Shown piece after piece: positions 29,989 through 39,356 of a DNA stretch of 64,000 nt (its first letter is position 1; each line of letters opens with the position of its first letter). The translations under genes and the position numbers were made by a program. The stretch lies in contig OZ252244.1 of assembly GCA_965249575.1 (NCBI GenBank), positions 3,424,001 to 3,488,000 of the forward strand, written 5' to 3'. Source of the stretch: Gemmatimonadales bacterium. GTDB taxonomy: Bacteria; Gemmatimonadota; Gemmatimonadetes; Gemmatimonadales; GWC2-71-9. The notes under the pieces are model-generated. The model saw nothing but the letters and a program-made list of their open reading frames with translations, had not been told where the DNA came from and searched no databases.

Positions 29989-31782
29989 CTAGTACACCGG
30001 CCTGAAGGCGGTGTGGATCACGTTGCCGACCACCGGCGTTCCCGGGGGCAGGTTGGCCGGATCCTCGAACCGCGTATCGAACTTCCAGTCACGTTTCGGC
30101 GGACTGTAGTACGTGCCGTTCCAGGTTCCGAGTGCTTTCTGACTCGTGTGGAGTGATACCAGAGATCCCTGGTAGTGCGTCCACTTGTTTGACCACCTCT
30201 CCAGAAACCGCAGATAGTTCTCGATCCCGCCGCCGTAGAAGTCCGTGTAGCCTCCGGAGCAGCCGGCGTCCTCGTGATCGCATGGGGTGGCCGAGTGTCC
30301 GGCGAGCACCGCCACGTTGTACCAGGTATCCGAGGCCCACGTCTTGATGACTACCGGTGCCAGGTGGTCGCTATCTTGCCACGCGTTCGACAGGAACGTG
30401 ATGGCGTCACTGATCACGGCCGCGGGCATCCAGTTGTCCCGGTTGTAGTCACCCTGGATGTAGAGTGGGTGGTCCGTCGCGAAAGAGAACCCGTTGCCCA
30501 CCTGGAGCTCTTTCCCCTCCGCCATCCGGACCATCGGGTAGAAGCCGTCACCCGACGGGTCGGTCGCAGGGTTGGCGAACGGGACACCCGTAAAGGTCAC
30601 GTACATGATCTCCGTACCGTTGGCGCTGGGATCGTCGTCGACCCAATTGCCCAACTCGTTTAGATCGATGCTCAAGGCGTCCACGTACCGCAGTTCCCGC
30701 CCCTCGTAGAACGTCTCCCAACTCCAGGTGAAGATGTTCTGGCAGTCGCCGACATTCGGGACGTTCTTGTTAGCGGGCCGGACAGAGGTCATCTGCGCAC
30801 AGAGCGCGGGCACACCGGCCAACTGGTCCAGCGGAATCTCGATGTACCAGTCCGCCTTCCAGGAGTACTTGGCGGTCTTCTCCAACTGGGTGTCGCCGAG
30901 GTCCCGCGGACGGATCACCTCGTGTGGGTCCATCCCGGCGGGAAGCGGTACTTTCAGCGAGTCGACGCTGTAAGCGTAGGTCTTCAGGCGGTTGTCGAAC
31001 TTTGCGTCGCTCTCCGCCCTGAACGCGTTAGGATTCGGGTGAGTTCGACTGTCGAAGTCGAGGTTGACGTCGTTGCCGCTAGCGTCGTTGATGTACACGC
31101 CCGTCTTCTGGCTGTGGTTGTCCTTCCGGTCCCAGAAGACCTTGTTGGGAGTCGTGATGGCGTCGCGGTACCACGCGTTGTTCGAGCTGAGATAGATGTT
31201 TCCATTGGAGTGCACCCAACCCGCGAACTCCATCGACGGCCCGTTGGTGGCCTCGAGATCCTTCTCGTAGAAAATCCCGAACTGGAAAATCGGAATCGCC
31301 TGCGCCTTGGCCGAGATGATGATCTGGCTCCGATTATCCATCGAGTCGCGTGCCTCGGCGGAGATGTCCACCCGTTGGGTCAACGAATAGAGCCCGGCGA
31401 ACGATCCGTCGGTCACGGTCTCGATCTCGACGCCGCCGATCTTGTTGACGGCGAGCTGGTCGTACGTGAACCCGGGGAGGCTCGGCGCCTGGATCTGAGA
31501 CAGCTCTTGCGCCGAGAGCTGGGCGTCCTGGAGGGCGTCGGCGAGCTGCGCCATGACGGCTTCCGCGCCTGCTTCGGCGGCGTAGAAAACCCGGGAGCCG
31601 CGATAGTCCAGGTTGGCCGTACGGGTCGTCCGAACGACCCCGGTAAACGCGAAGACGATGAGCGCCGAGATCAGAAGCATCACGAATAGCGTGGCCTCCA
31701 ATGCGAAACCGGCGCTACCGTTCAGCATCGGCAGCGAGGGCCTCTTCGCCTGGCGTTCGTTGCGGGCTGCGTGCGTTCTCAT
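29989..31782 (-). CDS. Large PilX-family pilus tip protein
   Basis: AG|FALEATLFV prepilin-like N-terminus, FYAAEAG PilX motif, GWVHSNGNIY, C-terminal GGIENYLRFLERW...YYSPPKRDWKFD; SD GGAGGGGG. Confidence 0.82.
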   Translation of the reverse strand: MRTHAARNERQAKRPSLPMLNGSAGFALEATLFVMLLISALIVFAFTGVVRTTRTANLDYRGSRVFYAAEAGAEAVMAQLADALQDAQLSAQELSQIQAPSLPGFTYDQLAVNKIGGVEIETVTDGSFAGLYSLTQRVDISAEARDSMDNRSQIIISAKAQAIPIFQFGIFYEKDLEATNGPSMEFAGWVHSNGNIYLSSNNAWYRDAITTPNKVFWDRKDNHSQKTGVYINDASGNDVNLDFDSRTHPNPNAFRAESDAKFDNRLKTYAYSVDSLKVPLPAGMDPHEVIRPRDLGDTQLEKTAKYSWKADWYIEIPLDQLAGVPALCAQMTSVRPANKNVPNVGDCQNIFTWSWETFYEGRELRYVDALSIDLNELGNWVDDDPSANGTEIMYVTFTGVPFANPATDPSGDGFYPMVRMAEGKELQVGNGFSFATDHPLYIQGDYNRDNWMPAAVISDAITFLSNAWQDSDHLAPVVIKTWASDTWYNVAVLAGHSATPCDHEDAGCSGGYTDFYGGGIENYLRFLERWSNKWTHYQGSLVSLHTSQKALGTWNGTYYSPPKRDWKFDTRFEDPANLPPGTPVVGNVIHTAFRPVY

Positions 31783-31832
31783 GTCTGGTCCCCCTCCGGG
31801 CTCATCCATCGGGCTTTCGGCGATCGCGAGCC

Positions 31833-31916
31833 TGGAGGGCGATCACCGTCCGTACTCAGTTCAAGTGAGCGACCGTGGAGGGCGTGGAGGGCGTGGAGGG
31901 CTGTCGGGATGGAGGG
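31833..31916 (-). repeat. Five CCCTCCA copies in the pilin leader, including (CCCTCCACG)x3
   Basis: TGGAGGG on + strand at 31833, 31876, 31885, 31894 and 31910. Confidence 0.85.
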
Positions 31917-31935
31917 TCTCGCGACCCTGGTCGTG

Positions 31936-32039
31936 CTGCCCCGGCAGCCCGGCTGTCGTTCGGATCGAGGCATCTCGAGGGAACGACCCGTGGCTTTGCG
32001 CCCCACGGTTACCCGTAGTTTGCTCTTATCGGCGAGCAG
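31936..32039 (-). ncRNA. GEMM-I (cyclic dinucleotide class I) riboswitch, A20 variant: candidate 3',3'-cGAMP sensor
   Basis: Minus strand reads CUGCUCGCCGAUAAGAGCAAACUACGG-GUAA-CCGUGGGGCGCAAAGCCACGGGUCGUUC...GAACGACAGCCGGGCUGCCGGGGCAG, with GCAAAC, GNRA-capped P2, CGCAAAGCC junction, P3 helix and P1. Confidence 0.9.
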
Positions 32040-32078
32040 TCGCGCGGGGGTTAGTAAACTCCCGCGCCCTGGGAGAGA

Positions 32079-32093
32079 GCAAGCGCGGTGCCG
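32079..32093 (-). promoter_or_regulatory. sigma54 (-24/-12) promoter upstream of the riboswitch/pilin operon
   Basis: Minus strand CGGCAC-CGCGC-TTGC; predicted start about 28 nt before the aptamer. Confidence 0.65.
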
Positions 32094-32451
32094 TCTCCTC
32101 GCTGCCGTTCACCGTGTTGACAGACAACGAGTTACAAGCTAGGAGGAGGCCGGTTCTGTGCGGTCCGTCACAATGGCGAATTCTCGGATTGCGGCAGTCA
32201 GTGCGGTTCGCGGCTGGCCAGGATTTCGGGCGATGCCGGGAGCGGTTGGCTGAAGCCGCCGGCCTTGCGAGTCGCTCAGGGTCGGACGGGAGCCGCCAGC
32301 CAAATCGGTGGGGCGATCTGTGGGCGCTATCCTCCGAGACTTGCGCCGTTGCCATGCGGCCGGGCGCTCAACTGTGCCTCGACTGGCGTGGTCCAGCGGC
32401 ACGGGATACTCTCATCGCCAACTCTGCCAGGTCTGCCAGGGGGGGTCTGTC

Positions 32452-34146
32452 ATGTTTTTCGAGGCACGGTGTGTGGTTTCGGTCTTTGCGCGCGCAGCAC
32501 CAATCGCCGCGGTGGCGCTCTGCCTTGCGGTAAGCGATCTACCGGCGCGCGCCACCCAGAACACCGAGCAGGAGATCGAGCGGGCGCTCGACGTGATCGA
32601 TCCGGCCCTCGTGAAGAGTCACGTGCAATTCCTCGCGCACGACCTCCTGCGTGGCAGAGACACCGACGACGTGGGGTTCGAGGTTGCCAAGGAATACGTG
32701 GCGGCGCACTTCACCCGCATCGGGCTCGAGCCGTACGACGGGACCTCCTACCTGCAGCCGTTCGATCTCCTGGAGTCCGCTGGTGACCGCGGCAGCGAGT
32801 TGCGGGCGGGGGTCCTGACACTGCGGGAGCCAGAGACGCTGTTCCGCCCCGACTGGGGTGTTGGGGAGAGCCAGTGGGAAGGCGAGGGTGTCTTCGTCGG
32901 TTACGGTCTTGCGACGCACGGCCGGAGCGACTATGCGGGGGTCGACGTCACCGGCCAGGCGGTCTTCATGCTGTCCGGAGCGCCCGCGACATGGGCGGAG
33001 GATTGGGATCGGTCGCGGGCCGCGGCGGCCAAGGCCGAGATCGCCCTCCGAAAGGGCGCGGCACTGGTCATCGAGCTTGCGGCTCCGGGCGTGCGTTCGA
33101 TGATCGAGGTCCGGCGGCCGCCACCCACGCGATGGCCCAATCCCCAGCGTACCATCGTGCTTGCCGACGGGACCGCGCCACGGATTCGCCCTCACGTCTC
33201 GGTGACGCAGCGAGCGGCCGCCTCGCTCCTCGGGTTGTGGGGGATCGATCCCGATGCGGCCAAGCAGGCGGCCGACGAGGGGACGAGCGTGGCGCGTGGG
33301 GTTGGCTCGGTGCGCGTGATACGCAAGCATGAGATCAAGCGAATCAGGAGCTGGAATGTGATCGGAATCGTCCGGGGGAGCGATCCCACCCTTCGTGACG
33401 AATCGATCGTGTTCACCGCACACCTGGATCACGTGGGCCTCGGACCGCCGGATCTGAGCGGTGATACGATCAACAACGGCGCGCACGACAACGCCATTGG
33501 ATCTGCCAAGCTCATGGCGGCTGCCGAAGCGATGGTTCGCCTGCGGCCCAGACGGTCGATTGTCTTTGCGGCTGTGGGAGCCGAGGAACGAGGTCTGCTG
33601 GGCTCGTGGTATTACGTGCGCAATCCGGCGCTCCCCATCGAGAAGACCGTCGCGAACATCAATCAGGACGGTGGTCGGGAAGGCGTGATAGCCGAAGACA
33701 TCATCGCCAACGCGGTCGATATCTCCGATATGTACCAGATCGTTCGGGACGTGATGGGAAAGCGGGGAGTCAGCGTCATGGCCCGGGATCGGGCCCTCAG
33801 AACGCTCGTGGGATTCTCGTCCGACCATTACCCGTTCCTGCTCGCGGGCGTTCCGGCCATCGACTTGAAGCCGGGCCACACTGTCGAGGGCGATTGGGAG
33901 ATCGGACTGCGGGACCGCCAGCGCTACATGTACGAGTGGCGCCACAAGCCAGCCGACAACTTCGATCCCGACCTCTTCACGATGGAGTCGGTGGCCGAGA
34001 TGGCCAAGCGGGCCGTTTGGCTCGCGTGGCACATCTCGGAGATGGACGGGCGACCAGAGCTGAAGGCGGACCATGCCATGTGGCGAGTGCGGGGGAGGCC
34101 AGAGCAGCCTTATTATTTCGGGCCCGAGCGGGCCTTCGACGAGTAG
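32452..34146 (+). CDS. Secreted M28 family metallopeptidase with PA domain
   Basis: Signal peptide; LRGRDT, TAHLDHVG, NGAHDNAIG, AEERGLLGS, SDHYPF. Confidence 0.9.
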   Translation: MFFEARCVVSVFARAAPIAAVALCLAVSDLPARATQNTEQEIERALDVIDPALVKSHVQFLAHDLLRGRDTDDVGFEVAKEYVAAHFTRIGLEPYDGTSYLQPFDLLESAGDRGSELRAGVLTLREPETLFRPDWGVGESQWEGEGVFVGYGLATHGRSDYAGVDVTGQAVFMLSGAPATWAEDWDRSRAAAAKAEIALRKGAALVIELAAPGVRSMIEVRRPPPTRWPNPQRTIVLADGTAPRIRPHVSVTQRAAASLLGLWGIDPDAAKQAADEGTSVARGVGSVRVIRKHEIKRIRSWNVIGIVRGSDPTLRDESIVFTAHLDHVGLGPPDLSGDTINNGAHDNAIGSAKLMAAAEAMVRLRPRRSIVFAAVGAEERGLLGSWYYVRNPALPIEKTVANINQDGGREGVIAEDIIANAVDISDMYQIVRDVMGKRGVSVMARDRALRTLVGFSSDHYPFLLAGVPAIDLKPGHTVEGDWEIGLRDRQRYMYEWRHKPADNFDPDLFTMESVAEMAKRAVWLAWHISEMDGRPELKADHAMWRVRGRPEQPYYFGPERAFDE

Positions 34147-34220
34147 CACCGGCCAGGAGCGGGGATCGCGAAAATACGGAGCGTGCGGCACACGCTAGTG
34201 TGGTGCCAGGACTGTCTTTA

Positions 34221-34236
34221 TGGCACCGATCTTGCT
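34221..34236 (+). promoter_or_regulatory. sigma54 promoter upstream of gdhA
   Basis: TGGCAC-CGATC-TTGCT, exact consensus. Confidence 0.75.
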
Positions 34237-34365
34237 TTGAGTCGAACCACCCCTGCCCGCGTCAGCCAACTTTCGTAGATTTCCGGACCGGCTCTCCACG
34301 GGTGGACTGACGGGGGCGCACCCGCTAGATATCCGGTCTTCACCAACGGGCCCGACTGAAAGACA

Positions 34366-35769
34366 ATGACCAAGACAAAGACCGCACCGGCCTCGCCTGT
34401 CGAGTCACCCACCACCCCCGCGTCGAGCGACCCCGCTCCGCCCGAAGATCTCAACCCCTACCACATCGCGCAGCAGCAGTTCGACGACGCCGCCCGGTAC
34501 CTTCCTGATCTTCGCAACGGACTTGCCCGATTCCTCAAGGAGCCGCGTCGCATGATCACGGTCCGGTTCCCCATCGAGACGGAGGACGGGACGGTGAGGA
34601 TGTTCGAGGGGTTTCGGGTGCTGCACAATCCGGCCCGGGGGCCGGGCAAGGGAGGCATTCGGTACCATCCCGACGTGACCGCCGATGAGGTACGCGCTCT
34701 CGCCTCTTGGATGACCTGGAAGTGTGCAATCGTCGACGTACCGTTCGGCGGTGCCAAGGGAGGTGTGGTCTGTAATCCGAAGGAGCTCGCCCCGGCGGAC
34801 GTGCGCAAGATCACGCGCCGGTTCATCGCGGAGCTCGGGGACAACATCGGCCCGCACACCGACATTCCGGCACCCGACGTCAATACCAACGCCGGCACCA
34901 TGGCACGCATCTACGACACGTACTCGATGATGCACCGGGGGGAGAATAACCTCCCCGTGGTCACCGGGAAGCCCCTGGATTTGGGTGGGTCGCTCGGGCG
35001 TCGTGAGGCTACCGCCCGCGGCTGCCTGTTCGCGACGCAGCGCGCCCTCGCAAGGGGCGTCGTCCCGGGCATGGAGTCGGTCAAGGGAGCTACCGTCGTG
35101 ATCCAGGGGTTCGGAAACGCGGGGTCGATTGCTGCCGAGCTGTTCACAGAAGCTGGTGCGCGAGTTGTGGCCGTGAGTGACTCGCGTGGCGGGATCTACC
35201 GCCCCGAGGGACTGAACCCGGCCGCGGTCATCGAGCACAAGCAGGCGACGGGGTCGGTGGACGGCTTTTCGGGCGCCAAGTCCGTGACGAACGCGGAGCT
35301 GGTGACGTTGCCTTGTGATATTCTCATCCCCGCGGCCTTGGAGAACGAAATCCGCGCGGACAACGCGGCTGACGTCAGCACCCGTATTGTCGTCGAGGCT
35401 GCCAACGGCCCGACGACGCCCGCTGGCGATCGAATCCTCCGCGACCGCGGTATTCCAATGCTGCCAGACATCTTGGCGAACGGCGGCGGCGTGGTGGTGA
35501 GTTACTTCGAGTGGGTACAGAATCTCGAGATCGAGCAGTGGGATCTGAACGAGGTGAACCAGAAGCTCCTCGGCAAGATGGATCGCGCCACCGATGCGGT
35601 CATCGATACCCAACGAACGGTCAATGACTCGCTGCGGGAGATCGAGGCCGAGCACGGTGAACGGGGCGTAGAGACCGCGCTCGATCCGGTAGACTTGCGC
35701 ACAGCCGCGTACATTCTGGCCATCAAGCGAGTGGCTCGAGTCACGCTTGAGCGCGGGATTTGGCCGTAG
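34366..35769 (+). CDS. gdhA: Glu/Leu/Phe/Val dehydrogenase (glutamate dehydrogenase)
   Basis: GPGKGGIRYHP, MTWKC, GGAKGG, IPAPDVNT, QGFGNAG, EAANGP, SYFEWVQN. Confidence 0.93.
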   Translation: MTKTKTAPASPVESPTTPASSDPAPPEDLNPYHIAQQQFDDAARYLPDLRNGLARFLKEPRRMITVRFPIETEDGTVRMFEGFRVLHNPARGPGKGGIRYHPDVTADEVRALASWMTWKCAIVDVPFGGAKGGVVCNPKELAPADVRKITRRFIAELGDNIGPHTDIPAPDVNTNAGTMARIYDTYSMMHRGENNLPVVTGKPLDLGGSLGRREATARGCLFATQRALARGVVPGMESVKGATVVIQGFGNAGSIAAELFTEAGARVVAVSDSRGGIYRPEGLNPAAVIEHKQATGSVDGFSGAKSVTNAELVTLPCDILIPAALENEIRADNAADVSTRIVVEAANGPTTPAGDRILRDRGIPMLPDILANGGGVVVSYFEWVQNLEIEQWDLNEVNQKLLGKMDRATDAVIDTQRTVNDSLREIEAEHGERGVETALDPVDLRTAAYILAIKRVARVTLERGIWP

Positions 35770-35878
35770 AGCCGGTTCCGGGCTTGTACGACGGCATCGT
35801 CTCAGACGCGGAACGGCCTGGGGGGCAGCGTGAAACCCCCGGGCCGGTTCTCTATGCCGTACGCTCGATCTCGGGTCT

Positions 35879-37462
35879 TCAGTTTTTTCGCCTGAACTCC
35901 ACCTCATCCGCAACGATGGTGAGGGGTGCGGTGGCTTCCACAACCCCTTTACCCTTCGATTCGACCGCGAGTCCCGCATCGATGTCGTCGGCGACGGCGT
36001 TGAGGGAGGACAGCGCATCGCTTCCGCCCGACTCCTTGATCTCGGTTCCGACGACGAGGCGCACGACGGTGGCGTTGGCCAGGGTGAAGGATCCCGTCGG
36101 GACGTCCACGGTCGCGACGAAGTTCTCGAACTCACCGGCCTTCGTGAGGTCGTCCTCGTCATCGTCGTCGTCCTCGCCATCGTCCTCGTCCTCGTCGACT
36201 TCGAACTTCACCCGCACCGCGGCAATGGTCAGCGAATCGGCGGGGTCGACTTGCCCTCTCCCTTCGGTACGGACCGTCGTACCACCCGCGATCGCGTCGG
36301 CTACTTCGCCCAGGGTGACCAGGTCGCCGTCCGGGTTGATGAACTGATTCCGTGACACGGTAACGGTCGTGCCGTCGGTCAGGGTGAACGATCCGGCCGC
36401 CTCGTCGACCGAGCGCACCTCACCCTCGAACTCGTCGGTCCCGGGTACGTCGTCATCGTCGTCCTCGATCTCGAATTCGATCTCGATGGCGACGATAGTC
36501 AGCGGATCCTTGATCTCGACGACGCCCTTCCCATCGGCCTCGACGATTCCACCAGCGTCCAACACGGTGGCTACCTCCGCCAGTGAAGTCAGTTGGTCAT
36601 CCTCTCCGGACTCCCCTTCCACGTCGGTTCCGTCCACGAGGCGCACCACGGCGCCATTATTGAGAATGAGCGATTCGTCCAAGAGGTCTACTGAGCGCAC
36701 GATACCCTCGAACTCCACCTCTCCCAGAATGTCGTCCAGCTCATCCTCCAGCTCTGTCTCACCCTCGCCGATCCGGAGCTCGATCTCGAGACCCAGTACG
36801 GCGATCCGTCCATCGGGGGATTGGGGATCGTTGAGTTCACGGGGAAGGAAGTTGTCCTCGTCGATGTTGATCTCGGTCTCGGGCTCGTCCGCTTCGTCGT
36901 CCAGCTTGAGCTCGGTCGCATGGAAAGTGGACACGTCTGGGTCCTGTGGCTGTGCCGGTGGAGGGCGTTTCGCCTCGATTGCTGGGAGAGTGCCCACACT
37001 CAAGGCTGCCCGAACCCGATCGACGAATTCGTCGAAGGTCAGATGGTCGCTGTCCTCCGAGCGGAACCGCGCCCCGTCATCGAATGCGACCTCCAATCCT
37101 CCAAGCTCGAGAACGAGCGTTCCTAGTCCTCCAGCGGCATCGATGTCGGTAACGCGGCTCTCGATCTCCTCCTCGTCGTCGATCTCGTCATCCGACTTGA
37201 CCTCGACTTCTCGGGCCACGAGGCTTCCCCGGCGGAGCTCGATCTCGACGCGCACCGGTCCCGTGCCGAGGATCTCCTCGAGCTCTGGAGGGGTGATGCT
37301 CCGGGAGAAGGGAAGCCCTTGGAGGGCCGCATTCGAGTCATCCGTGCCAGCAGCCGGACCCGAGGCCGTGGCGAGCGGATCCTCGCAGGCCGTGCTGGTT
37401 AGGGCTAGTGCAAGAACGCTCAACATGAGCGAGAGCGGTGTTGGACGTATCACATTGAACAT
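35879..37462 (-). CDS. Acidic lipoprotein with tandem DUF5666-like repeats
   Basis: Lipobox STAC; three repeats of EFEGxVxSVD...GxxVE..G...LTIxAxxVEFE joined by Asp/Glu-rich linkers; SD GGAGG. Confidence 0.7.
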   Translation of the reverse strand: MFNVIRPTPLSLMLSVLALALTSTACEDPLATASGPAAGTDDSNAALQGLPFSRSITPPELEEILGTGPVRVEIELRRGSLVAREVEVKSDDEIDDEEEIESRVTDIDAAGGLGTLVLELGGLEVAFDDGARFRSEDSDHLTFDEFVDRVRAALSVGTLPAIEAKRPPPAQPQDPDVSTFHATELKLDDEADEPETEINIDEDNFLPRELNDPQSPDGRIAVLGLEIELRIGEGETELEDELDDILGEVEFEGIVRSVDLLDESLILNNGAVVRLVDGTDVEGESGEDDQLTSLAEVATVLDAGGIVEADGKGVVEIKDPLTIVAIEIEFEIEDDDDDVPGTDEFEGEVRSVDEAAGSFTLTDGTTVTVSRNQFINPDGDLVTLGEVADAIAGGTTVRTEGRGQVDPADSLTIAAVRVKFEVDEDEDDGEDDDDDEDDLTKAGEFENFVATVDVPTGSFTLANATVVRLVVGTEIKESGGSDALSSLNAVADDIDAGLAVESKGKGVVEATAPLTIVADEVEFRRKN

Positions 37463-37660
37463 CGGGATGACCTCCATGTTTTCCGTAGGGATTGTTCGCC
37501 AACGCCACATGCCAGGCGTTGCGACTACGCTACGGAGGGGGCAAGGAGCATTCCCGCCCAGGGGGACGCACAAGTCGTTGTGAGAAATCAGGTTAAGCGG
37601 CTGCTGCCAGGCGAGTCGTGTATTGGTCTAGAACAGCGTGTTACGAAACGAGGCACCACA

Positions 37661-39165
37661 TCAGCCCAGGTTGGCCAGCCAGAGGGTCACGAACAGCCCG
37701 TAAAACAGCGCAACCGACGCGAGTCTCAACCGGCGCCAGAGGGGCGGACGCAACTCAACAGGAAGTAGCCGTGTGTTCACGTAGAGCAGGTGGAGAGAGG
37801 CCACGATGAACACGATCCCGGCCATGTTGGCGCCGAGCTGGGGAGGAGAATAATAGGTTGGGTGAGCCGGAGCGCGATGATTCCCCAGATCACGACCACG
37901 GCCAGCACCGCGTAGTAGACCACGCGCACGTCTGCGCCCCGCGCGGCGCGGATACGGCCGCTGCCGGTCCACAGAATGTCGTTTATGGCCCTGGTCAGCC
38001 CGTCCAGAATGTCGAGCTGGGTGTTAAAGAGGATCCATCCACCGAGGAAGGCGACGAAGAGCCCGAGGAGTGGGCCGCTGCCCCGGCCGAGTGCCTCGGC
38101 AAGCGCGGCTGCCACACCGAGGCCTCGAATCTCGGTTCCGGTCGGAATGTACGTGACGTACAGGAGGGCCGGGAACACAATGCCCAGCACGGCGCCAGTG
38201 AAGTAGATCCCCCACTGATCCACGCGCACGATGCGCCACCACCCGCGCCACCGTTCCATCGAGGTCCGATCCGGAATGAACTTGTATCCGGTGTGGGCCA
38301 GGCGTACGGGTTTCCCACCCACGGCCGCCGGGATGTATCCCACCACGCCGGCCATCCCATATCCCTTGTCCCGGGCCCAGTTCGATAAGGTCACGTTGAT
38401 CATGCCCCCAGCTCCCGAGTACGCGGCAAATGCACCGAGGAGGAAGAAATCGGCTCCCGGCGGCAGGAAGGTGAACCCACCGGTGCGCGGGTCGAATCCG
38501 ACAAAGCCCGCTGCGGCCGCGACCCACGTGGCTGGAGACACGAGCCAAAGGGCGAGGGCGAGGGACCCACCGAGTATGAATACGACGAGTATCCCGTTGA
38601 GGATCTCGAGCGTGCGCTCGATGCGTCGTCCGAACAGGGAGGATCGTGACGCAGGCGAGGAACGTCTCGATCCCGATGAAGTACACGATGTTCGCTTCGG
38701 TGGGACCTGCCAACTTGCCGGCGAACAAAAAGAAGATGGCTCCGGCAGCCGCACCGGCCCATCCGGGCCATCCGACCTGAAGGAAGTAGAGCAGCGCGTA
38801 GGTCCAGGCCCAGAAGGTCGCGTTGGGACGATCCGCATGAATCCTGTGAACGCGGGCTCGCCTGTTGCCAGTGTATAGCGCATGAGCTCGGTGTTGAACA
38901 CGGTCTGCAGAAATGCGGCGATACCGGTGACCCAAAGCAGCGTCAGGCCATATTTGACGAACTCCGCGGGTCCGAGCAGAAACTCGCCGCTACCGATAGA
39001 GGCACCGAGGACGATCACTCCCGGGCCAAGCGTCCCGATCCAACTCAGCCCCCGCGGGCTTGGCGGTACCGGAAGCTCTCTGGTCTTCCAGGCGTCGAGG
39101 CCGGACTGAGCCTCGCGTGGCACGATGGTCGGTTGCGCAGCCGTGCTGGATTCCGCCAACGCCAT
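37661..39165 (-). CDS. Nramp-like (YcsG-type) membrane transporter, interrupted by three frameshifts
   Basis: LGPGVIVLGASIGSGEFLLGP, ELMRYTLATGE, SNWARDKGYGM; TM segments continue in other frames near 38830, 38638 and 37842. Confidence 0.75.
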
Positions 39166-39356
39166 TACCGCCTTTCGCGTCGCGACGAAAGTAGGCCCGG
39201 TGCCCTCGCTCGGCTAGAACGTGTGCGTCGTGTCATTCCCCAACAGCGCCTAGCGCGGGCTTCAGCCCGCGAACACATAGAATGCCCCCCTTCGCCAGAA
39301 CCGTAAGATCTGATTATGGCGGGCTGAACCGACCGCGCTGCGCTATCTTCTCCGGC

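Noticed and set aside
32539..36180. Long antisense ORFs (32539..34191, 34405..36180 and similar elsewhere)
   Set aside because: Shadow frames of well-supported genes in high-GC DNA, with no recognisable motifs
37541..37556. sigma54 promoter for the DUF5666-like gene
   Set aside because: Minus-strand GGGAAT-N5-TTGC keeps GG/GC spacing but the -24 element is poor
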